The notes under the pieces are model-generated. The model was given only the letters and a program-made list of their open reading frames with translations, searched no databases and was not told the origin of the DNA. The position numbers were made by a program, and so were the translations under genes. A stretch of DNA of 63,344 nt, counting the filler, from Squatina squatina (taxonomy: Eukaryota), in assembly GCA_031763465.1 (NCBI GenBank). It is 4 parts of 4 records of this genome, joined end to end, with 100 filler letters (N's around TTAATTAATTAA, not from the genome) between each part and the next. Parts side by side here need not be neighbours in the genome. Positions count along the whole stretch, not along the records: positions 48,919 to 63,344 come from JARFOE010000013.1; 3 more parts are not named here. One strand, written 5' to 3'. Below are positions 53,551 to 63,344 of the stretch, one piece after another (position 1 is the first letter of the stretch; the number at the start of each line of letters is the position of its first letter).

Positions 53551-55089
53551 GACCCAATTGGAGAGCGCCGGAACAGGTCTTGCTCAGTGTGCGCTGGCCC
53601 CGGAGCGATGTGTTATAACCTGGAATTGGGGACTTTGACTCATTTCCAGTTCAGCGCAACGTGGCAATGCTAATGAAGTGTTGCCATGGTGCTTATCCCG
53701 CGCTGACCCCGTGAATTCTAGGGAGTGCAGGCTTGCATTGGTAGCGTGGCTAGTGCCTTAAAGGGGAGGGCCACTGAAGGGAGGACCCTAATTTCCTACA
53801 ACGTGATGCTGCAAAAATTAGAAAATGGGCTTTTTTGGGTCAGAATGGCTCAAACCCTGTGGAATGTTACTGACTTCAACAAATTGAACAGGCTCAGACC
53901 TCCTGGGGTCGAATGCTTTGTAATACTTTAACACCTTNNNNNNNNNNNNNNNNNNNNNNNNNNNNNNNNNNNNNNNNNNNNNNNNNNNNNNNNNNNNNNN
54001 NNNNNNNNNNNNNNNNNNNNNNNNNNNNNNNNNNNNNNNNNNNNNNNNNNNNNNNNNNNNNNNNNNNNNNNNNNNNNNNNNNNNNNNNNNNNNNNNNNNN
54101 NNNNNNNNNNNNNNNNNNNNNNNNNNNNNNNNNNNNNNNNNNNNNNNNNNNNNNNNNNNNNNNNNNNNNNNNNNNNAAAGAAGTATTTTCAGCATAAATT
54201 TGGACTGCAAAAAAAGCCCAGCAAATGTCAGTACAGTACTCACAAATTACCAAGATGCTGAGAAAACTAAGTATAAGATCCTTCAATAACACTTACTCTA
54301 AGAAAATAAACCAGGCCTCTGGAAATGAAAATCCTCAATCGCTGGGTGAGCTGGGCCTCACTGCCTGCATTTAGTGATGTACAGCAAACTTTGCAGACAT
54401 TGTTGACCCAACTACTGCAGTTATTCAGACTGCATTGAGTAAACACTGGCACCAATGACTTTAAATAAACCCTCACAGTATGTAGTTGCAAATGCCAGAC
54501 AATCATACCTCAGTGACAATGCGAAAGAAGGGAACTTCATTGCCAAAGCAACTGGCTTTAGGTTTGCGAATTCAGCCATACAGTTCTGCAGCCTGAAGCA
54601 TCATTTTTGAGCTGGAGAAGAGCCCGAGATACCTGGGATGAAGTTGTTCAGCTGTGAGAGACGAAGATCCAGATCACTCATCTTCAAGCATGGACAATTC
54701 TCCATTCAGTGCTGACCTTTTCAAACCTGACATCCCCACCCCGACTAGTTTCCTGCTGCAGTAGGAAATAAAGCTGCAGAATTAATACTGACAAAGTGTT
54801 GTGCTTGTCTTCAGGGACAAGAATGTCAGTATTTTTGTGCGGGATTCTGAGACAGCCTTCTGGCACTTCACAAATCTCTGAAACCCATTCCCTTAAATGA
54901 CAGCAGAAACACTGATGGCTTGTCAAACAATGGCCTTGCAGCAAGGAAATTTACTCAAAACCAAGTCAGTGATGGACGGATAACAGNNNNNNNNNNNNNN
55001 NNNNNNNNNNNNNNNNNNNNNNNNNNNNNNNNNNNNNNNNNNNNNNNNNNNNNNNNNNNNNNNNNNNNNNNNNNNNNNNNNNNNNNTTA

Positions 55090-55780
55090 AAAACATAGGA
55101 ACAGAAGAAATAGGAAAAGGGGTAGGCTATATGACTCCTGGAGCCTGCTCTGCCATTCAATGAGATCACGGCTGATCTTCTACTTCAACTCCCCTTTCCC
55201 ACTTTATTCCCATATCTCTTGATTCCCTTAGTGTCCAAAAATCTATCGATCGCAATCTTGAATAAACTCAATAACTGAGTAACCACAGCCCTCTGTGGAA
55301 ATAAATTTCTCCTCATCTTAGTCCTAAATAGCTGACCCCTTATCTGGAGACTATGAACTCAATTTCTAGAATGTCCAGCCAGGTGAGACATACCTTTCAG
55401 CATCTACCCTTTCAAACCCTCAAAGAACTTAATGTGTTTCAATAAGGTCACCTTTCATTCTTCTAAACTCAATAGAATATAAGCTCATTCTACTCAACCT
55501 CTCCTCATAACACAACCCTCTCTTTGCAAGAATCAACCTATTGAACTTTTGTTGCACTCCCTCTAAGGCAAGTATATCCTTCCTTAGGTAAGGAGACCAA
55601 AACTGTACACAGTGCTCCTGGTGCGGTCTCACCAAGACCCTATATAATTGCAGCAAAACTTCCTTACTCTTATACTGCAAACCCACTGCAATAAAGGTAT
55701 TTGCTTACCTAATTGCTTGCTGTACCTGCATGTTAACTTTCTGTAATTCATGTACAAGAGCACCTAAAACCCTCTGAATA
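55090..55780 (-). mobile_element. CR1 LINE 3' fragment
   Basis: YKSKEVLLQLYRVLVRPHQEHCVQFWSPYLRKDILALEGVQ...RRMKGDLIET plus 3' tail. Confidence 0.9.
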
Positions 55781-57557
55781 GCAACAACTACTAGACAGTT
55801 AATAACTGGTTAAAATAAACATCTTTACAAAATATAATTCACATTTTTGAAATACCAGACTCCAAAGAGTGCAACATTTTCTGAGTCACCACAACAATAA
55901 CATCAAGGAACTGGATAAAAACATGAAAATTTCATCAGCTGATATCACAATACACAGGGAGTTTTCAAAACTCCTCTTACCCAAATACAAAAGTAATGAT
56001 TCGAATTCATGATCAAAGTTAGAATGTATTGTTTTAAAGAAGCACTTCAAATCTGAATCTGTACAGTGATTAACATGGCAAGTCTTGCAAATAGAAGGTC
56101 TACTTACTGTGTTGAGTGGTTAGTGCAGCAAGGCTGCTTATTAAAAGTCACTACAAAACACAAAGCCATCACAACGGTTTCAATTTCTATCCTCAGTATT
56201 GGCTGCTGGAATTAAGCCACAGCATGAACTCAAAGCAGCAGTTAACATTGGGTAGGGTACAGCAAATAGTAGGACAGATACAGGAAGGAGATATCTAATA
56301 CAATTCTTTCTCCTCGAGCTTCAATAACGCAAATACNNNNNNNNNNAGTGGCCCACAAGGTCATTAATAATGCCACACTTTACTATCTAGCTGTCATCGC
56401 AGTATTCCATACTTTCATTTAGTCCTCACTGCTTTATCAAAGCAGCAGTTCCTTGCACAGGCACGAACGGCTGCCCCTTCGAATGATTTCCAACTGGAGC
56501 CAGTCAACATCATGTAAAATGCAGCTATATACAGCTATTACGTGGCTTCCTATTACCTGCTCTTTTCAAGTGCAATCCTATTCCACAGTATCTGCACCCA
56601 ATTAAGTCAGTTTGCTTTTTTGGCCATCTGCAAGTGCTTCCTGAATTCAGCACTGTTTATCTGATCTGCTACAGTGGCATATTTCTTAAGTATCCATTTC
56701 CTTCCTGTGTACAGGGATTTTCACGGCACAAGGCTGTGAGATTAGCAAATAAGAAAGTGAATCACACTGAACTGGGGTAGAAGTTTTACAAAAACAATGT
56801 TTTTCTCAAACAACAAACGTGGACACTTGAAGTAGAGATGATTGCTGAGTTTGAGCTAAACCCCAATGTTAAAAAGTCAGATTTGCATTGATCTGACACC
56901 CATATTTCAAGGTTCAAATTTAAACTATTTCAGATTTGGAGGTCACTCTCCCTTTTTGCTTGTTTATTCCCTACGGCTTGTAGCTCCACCCCAGCTAACA
57001 GTATTTCTTTCTGTCCTATCACAAGGTTTCCTACACTTGCAGTGAATAGTTACCATGTGCAGCCTGACACAGTAACAAATGCACAATTTTTTTTAAGTAT
57101 ACTATCTTATTTTTAATATTTTATTTCCAATAGTCTAATAATTTCAAAAAGAAGGCACGTTTCCATGGCTGATCCCTGGCAGTCTTATGGTGAATATGTA
57201 GGATAAATGTTCATGTCCAGTTAGTCCAGTAGAGTGGTGGTGATGGTATCACCAGGCAGCAAGGAAGTGCTGGGGATGGATGTCTAATTCAAGCTGATTT
57301 TGTGTTGGGCACTATGTACTGCTGGTGCCAAAGTGGGGTGTACATATTACATTTGAGTTGTCACATCAAACTGCAAGTTAAAAAGCCAGCAACAGACAGA
57401 ATACCAGCTTAAACAGGCATAAACAAATTAGAGAAAAAAAGTTTTGCCAAACATCTTGTTATTGAAGTCAGTGTCCCTTTAAATGCCCAGGTCTGGTAAA
57501 AGTTACTCGATTGTTGTTTGTTAAAGCTCTACGCTGAACAATGACCAATATCCTTAC

Positions 57558-57694
57558 TTGGCAATTACTGTTTCATTCTTGATGTCAACATTAGCACATT
57601 TATCAAGTCCTTCGAAGAATATGCGAGCTTGCGCCGGTGTGAGATCATGCAGCTTACTCAAAAGGTCAGAGCAACTGTTGAAAAGCTGACAAAT
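57558..57694 (-). other. Exon-like segment of unknown identity
   Basis: tatttacAG acceptor and GTAAGG donor; only one open frame, ICQLFNSCSDLLSKLHDLTPAQARIFFEGLDKCANVDIKNETVIA. Confidence 0.3.
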
Positions 57695-58715
57695 CTGTAA
57701 ATAGTCACATTTGACATATGTTAGGCAAAATTGATACTCTAAATGGTTCAAACAGAAAGCAAAATTGCATTTTGCAGTTGTGTCTTCGAGAAAAGTAGCC
57801 AAACGTTGATTTGCTTCAGTTACTCATTCCCTAGATGGAAATCCCAAGTTCACTGTGAAGAACTACTGATGAGTGGCTTATGGGACTTGTTTAACCATCA
57901 CCAAATTTGCCCAAATAAGGCTCCAAGGACAATGGCAAGGGCAGCGGCCATATGCACAGTACAAAGTAAGACAGAGGTTGACTTCTTTATAATAGAAGTA
58001 CAGACAGATAAGTCATTTACTGTGGTGAACAAGAAAGTGAAGATCAGAGATAAGACAGCAAAGGTAGATTTAGGTGACTTAGACAGGGAAAAAAATTTCA
58101 TTCACCCTACTTGTTGCATGTAGAAAGCTCTTCTTTCTTAACAGTGGCGNNNNNNNNNNNNNNNNNNNNNNNNNNNNNNNNNNNNNNNNNNNNNNNNNNN
58201 NNNNNNNNNNNNNNNNNNNNNNNNNNNNNNNNNNNNNNNNNNNNNNNNNTACCAATTTGCTACCCCCGCACGAACCCCTCAAAATTTACACCAGAACAGA
58301 CCAAGCAAACCCCCCACCCCCCAACCTTTTTCATCCAATCACAACAGCTTAATTAAAGCTTATATTTTGTTTCCGTGGATCAATAATCAACACAATTAAT
58401 GACAATAATTGAAGATATCCAACCAGTCAGGGCTCACTGAAATTTAAAAATTACATTTTATCCATTCACAATAATGCAAAGAAAATACAATACATGCAAA
58501 AATGCAAACAAAACGACAAAATTCTGGAAACACATTAATCAGTATCTGTGGAGAAAACAGGCAAGTTGACATTTCTGGTGCTGACCCTTCAGAACTACAT
58601 TTTCTCTTTGTTTCAGATTTCCAGCATCTGTAGTATTTTTTTTATTTTATATAAATATATTCTATTTGTTCTCCAATCGCCCAAATATGAATTTATACAT
58701 CTCATCTCATTAGAA

Positions 58716-59932
58716 TCACATGGTATGAGTAGACAGTGCAAACCAACCTTCTTCTTTCAATCTTTCTGGCTTCATTCTTTGAGTAACAGGTGTCCTGTTT
58801 CCATCACCTTTGTCCAGATATAGCAAGGAACTAGTTGTACTAGCATTATCTGTAGATCTATTTCTGTTTATTTTGCTAGCAGGGGAAGGTGTGGTGCCTG
58901 TGGAAGAGTCCAATCCATTGGGCAGCGGGATCAACACTTCCAATGTTCTGTTGCCAGTTCCTGTCCATATACCCTCAGGTGGAATAGGAGAAATAGGTGG
59001 TGAGGCAGAATCACCATAAACTTGTCTCTGCTGTTCAATCAAGTTCAAAAGTTTGCTGCGTGCTTCGGCACTCTGACGGTTCAGCTCAGTGATCCTCTGC
59101 TGAAGACTTTCAGAAGTGCTGGGAATGGTCTTTTCAATTTGCGGTGCAGGATTAGATAATTTACCTATTTTGAACTGATCGAGATGGGCTTTGAGAGCAG
59201 AATTCTGCAACTGTAGCTCAGTAATTTGAGATAACATCGCTTCATGTTTAAGCCACTCGTCCAAAGATAGATCTTGACTGCCTTCAGCTTCTGCCTTGCT
59301 CTCCTTTGTTCTCAGAATGCATGTTTCGGTGTCATCAACAGCTCCTGATTGTTGCACTGGGTGCATCTGAGGCAAATTAATAACAGGCAAAGTGACATTC
59401 GAGCTCATATGTCCTTCATTAACATTCCAAAACTTCTGCTGGGCAAGATCCTCGTAATCTTGCAGCTGGTTTTGGTTTTGTTTTGTCAAGTATTCTGTAG
59501 AGTCTTTTTCTCCTTGTAGTACAACTTGTGGCACTGAAGCTTCCTTATGAATTTGTAAATGATGAGCATCATTTGATTCCATTGATACATTATTAGGCAG
59601 AGGCCTTTCTTGAAACGAATGAAGTGTAGTTTGTGATCCAGTACCTACTTGGCTGTTTCTTTGTCTTGGGGGTGAAAGCAATACAGCAGGGCCAAATAGA
59701 TGTTCAGGTAAACTCTGACCTCTTCTAGCCTTTTCTAATAGATTCCCCTTGTATTGATATGCACAGGGCTGTTTTTTTACCAAACTTTCTAAAAGCTCCT
59801 TTCCAATGTTTGGTACAGTCCTTAAAATAGGTGTGTTTACTTTATCTGGGTTAGCGCAAATATGTAAACTCTCTCCTTCCACTGCCGGCTCCCTAACTTC
59901 ATGAGCAATGTTTTGTCTTGGCTTTGGTTCAG
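58716..59932 (-). CDS. SPICE1: SPICE1 (spindle and centriole associated protein 1) C-terminal ~400 aa, intronless; probable retrocopy, 5' end in gap
   Basis: Open frame containing LLSPPRQ, ITELQLQNSALKAH, RITELNRQSAEARSKLLNLIEQQR, SPPISPI, RTLEVLIP and ending EEGWFALSTHTM*. Matches the SPICE1 C-terminus ([24 protein letters not shown]...EEGWFALSTHVS). Confidence 0.9.
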
Positions 59933-61429
59933 NNNNNNNNNNNNNNNNNNNNNNNNNNNNNNNNNNNNNNNNNNNNNNNNNNNNNNNNNNNNNNNNNNNN
60001 NNNNNNNNNNNNNNNNNNNNNNNNNNNNNNNNTATCAAAAAGCCATGTCCCTAAAATGTCTTATGATGTTTCTATTGTTCTGTGACGGTTACCCTATGGA
60101 TCGTCAATCATGGAAAAATCACGAATAAAGCTTTGTAAGTTTGTGTACCATCAGTGTCTATGTGTCTTTCGGAGAGTTTGATGACTATTTAAAACAGTTA
60201 ACCAGTTTGTATCTAGTGTTAGGTTTTTGCATTATATAGTATTTCACCTCTATCTTTCTATTTCTGTGCATTATTTTATCTCAAATAACTGGACAGTAGT
60301 TTTAGCCTGTATGCAGTGGTCTAACATTGTGATATTTTCTATTGTTTGAGGTAACAGATGAATGCAGCGGGGATCTTGTGTCTTCTCCAGTAAGGAATTA
60401 GGGTTAATTGTTAGTCCTGGGTTACACTTACCCAAATTTGACAGAAAATAAAATTGTAGCTTTCAGTTCATTGTATAGTAATGAGAAGCAGGAACCTTGG
60501 CAGCTTCCAAAAGCAGAATGCAAGACCATGACAAGGTTCCTGCTTCTCATTATTGTTCAATTATCTCTACTGGAAATTGCACATGTACGGTATCAAGTGA
60601 GGACAAGATCAGGCTTTGCTGTGATGCCCTCCACAATAAAATAGCTTGCCAAAACACTCTTCCCATGAAGAATTGATAATGGAGGGTAACAGTGCCCATG
60701 GAACAGCATCCCAGAAAAATCCAACACCTTTAGTAGAGGGAAAAAGGGGGAGGAGGGAAAATTGGAAAAAAAAACAAGGTCCAGACTATTTAGAAAAGGC
60801 AGGGAGAGCTAATCCAATTTATTACTAGAATGCAGACCCCCATCAGGGCCAACATGTTTCACTATCTCCAGTGGTATAATGGGTGACATTTAAGGATACT
60901 GCAGCTTAAGCTGTGGCTGCTGCAAATCCCATTGGCCATGGCATTGCACGTTGACATGGTGCTTTGTTTGAATGTCCCAATCTATTGAGAACATTGAGCA
61001 GTCAATACTGCCAATGTTCACTGAGTGGATTTGTCCTAAGGACCTGTCAACAGGAATTATTTTCCCTAACAACAGAGCTCACGTTGTGAAGGTCACGGGG
61101 GGTTATGACCACATGAACTGTGTTATACACTCTCGAGTCTGGCAGTGTGTCATTTTCTCCATTAAAAATACTTCAGTTTCAAAACTTATGGCTTCTTGCA
61201 GAAACATTTGTGTGTATTTTCATTTCCCAGCAAAAGCATGACTTGACAATATTTGTTTCAGGAAGTATTGACAAGTGGAACTCAAAAACTTCTGTGGCAA
61301 AAAAACAGTACTGCATACCATATCTTCAGATACCAAGGTAGAAGGAGATTAGTCAAGTATACACTGGTCATTAACCAAGACTCAGATGAAAAAGCTGAAG
61401 TTATTTGCAAGCATCTGTGATGTAAACTC

Positions 61430-61655
61430 TGAGACACTCTCTGTCAGTGTGACTCTCTGTCAGTGTGCCTCTGTCAGAGTGTCTCTCTCAGTATCTTTCT
61501 CTCTGTCAATCGCTCTCTGTCAGTGTCTCTCTCTGTCAGTGTGTCTCTCTCTGTCAGTATCTCTCTCTGTCATTCTCTCTCTGTGTCCGTCTCTCTCTGT
61601 CAGTGTCTCTGTCAGTGTCTCTCTGTTAGTGTGAGTTTCATTGTCAGTGTCTATC
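61430..61655. repeat. (CTCTGTCAGTGT)n-type minisatellite
   Basis: Tandem degenerate units running into a gap. Confidence 0.9.
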
Positions 61656-61755
61656 NNNNNNNNNNNNNNNNNNNNNNNNNNNNNNNNNNNNNNNNNNNNN
61701 NNNNNNNNNNNNNNNNNNNNNNNNNNNNNNNNNNNNNNNNNNNNNNNNNNNNNNN

Positions 61756-62280
61756 TTTGTTAAAATCCATGATATACTCTTCCATTGATTAACAATCCAT
61801 TTTCTGAAACCTATCAAATTCTGACCATGCCTCATAGGCATTTAACAAGTCATTGTTTTTTGTAGATTTCATCCAGGAATTCTATTCGAAGGTCAAAGCC
61901 TTCATCGTTATCCAACTGATCTTCATCTATCTCAGAAAATATCTTGTTTCTGATTTTACTTCATTCAGGGAGTGACAATGCCAAGGCATTGTTTTCTCTT
62001 TGGTAGTGTCCACATGTCAACCTCCTTCTTCCACTGGTCATATGGTTCAAATACCGAGAACATCGGAGGGTAGACATACCTCGATGATATAAACTTGCTT
62101 TCTGCCATTTTTCACAATGGCCACTAGGCTTTCAAGTTTTATGTCCCCCAAAAAATACTAGTTTCTAACCTCCACCTTTAGGCAACCATTCTCTGCTACC
62201 ATGTAAAAATCAGATAGCCAGGTGGTGAAGAATGGAATACACAGCCTAGCCCTCAGTCGCTTACAAGCTTTTATTTAGAG
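61756..62280 (-). mobile_element. Ty1/Copia (GalEa-like) LTR retrotransposon 5' remnant: partial LTR, PBS, degenerate gag
   Basis: LTR ends in CA at 62202 with AATAAA upstream. PBS TGGTAGCAGAGAATGGTT (62184-62201) is complementary to the tRNA-iMet 3' end. gag from ATG 62108 reads MAESK...YDQWKKEVDMW...LPKRKQ...AYEAWSEFDRF...SMEEYIMDFNK with frameshifts and stops. Confidence 0.8.
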
Positions 62281-63344
62281 AGAAAGAAAAGACTGGCATT
62301 TATATAGCACCTTTCACGACCACCGGACGTCACAAAGTGCTTTACAGCCAATGAAGTACTTTTGGAGTGTCCTCTCTCTCACGCAGACCCTCGGGTTCGA
62401 GGATAACTTGCTTCCACTCCGGAGTTGTGGGTTCTGAGGTGGNNNNNNNNNNNNNNNNNNNNNNNNNNNNNNNNNNNNNNNNNNNNNNNNNNNNNNNNNN
62501 NNNNNNNNNNNNNNNNNNNNNNNNNNNNNNNNNNNNNNNNNNATATGCCCTAAACTCCCCTGAATCCCTTTAAACTTGAAGTCCAATAAGGTCCATAAAA
62601 CCACTTGAACTTTGCTTTTATAGGCTACGATGTCAACTAGCGGCCTTGGTTAAATTACACCCTTTCTACTCAGAACCAACCATCAATAGATTGGGACATC
62701 CCTGCTTTATAGGTGGCACTATGGAACAGTGTAATTTATTAGAAAATACATCTTTTAGTTGCCAAGTGCAATATTTCTAATAATTTTAAACTCTGCTCCC
62801 CATCTGCTACTACCAACAACTTGTTTATTGAACAATTCTGAATGACTTCCTTGTGTGCACTCAGAGGTTCAATATACAGTTTAGAAACTTTTTGTAACAG
62901 TTAACGATGCTAGAAACAGATGTCATCAAGCCTTTTAGCTCTCTAATGAGGCAGGAAATGAGCAGCAGTATAAGCACAGCTACTTGTAAATGGATGAGCA
63001 TCCATCTGCAGTTAATAATAATCAGTCTGTTTCACCAGCTACCAATGCTGCACGTGCAAACTCAGTCCTCAGGTGTCAGCTTACACTTGTTCAAAGCAGA
63101 ATGGAACGGCGTGTAACAATTTATATGAATAAGCTGCAGTTCAGCATGGTCGTTTCAAACATGATCTGTGTTTCCATGGCAACGCATATTACCATTTTTT
63201 GCAACTCACCAAGGCAAAGATATCACTGCAAAAACAAAGATACAGATGTGAGAATTGTATTCCAGAAGTGCTTGCCACCATAATTTGACGAACTTGCCGC
63301 AGTGGGCCAACATGGCAGCCAATTTTCACTACAGGTTACATCTA

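Noticed and set aside
57743-58123. 126-aa plus-strand ORF and overlapping hydrophobic minus-strand ORF
   Set aside because: No recognisable domain or convincing splice structure.
61386-61792. Ser/Val/Leu-rich ORFs
   Set aside because: Translations of the CTCTGTCAGT minisatellite.

Overview
Vertebrate genomic DNA, most likely a cartilaginous fish (shark) given its repeat families. It comes from a very fragmented assembly with many roughly 100-N gaps. Three N-flanked TTAATTAATTAA spacers (22748, 35836, 48863) show the window is four unrelated scaffolds joined end to end. (1) 1-22703: minus-strand exons of DLG2/PSD-93 (a Cys/His-rich alternative first exon, PDZ1, PDZ2-3 linker, SH3 and HOOK exons). 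(2) 22804-35791: the last exon of GABRA5 followed by exons 1-2 of GABRG3, all minus strand. (3) 35892-48818: no identifiable coding exon; repeats plus a repeat-poor, promoter/enhancer-like block. (4) 48919-63344: the first two coding exons of an extracellular sulfatase (SULF1-like), an intronless open SPICE1 C-terminal ORF (probable retrogene), and a GalEa-type Ty1/Copia remnant with a tRNA-iMet PBS. The rest is CR1/L2/RTE LINEs, tRNA-derived SINEs, Harbinger-type elements and MITEs, and minisatellites. There is no prokaryote-style system (CRISPR, operon). The best leads are the SPICE1 retrocopy, the SAP102-like DLG2 N-terminus, a candidate Cys-rich internal DLG2 start exon and the Copia element. 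Homology calls come from remembered protein sequences, not database searches, and repeat boundaries are approximate.
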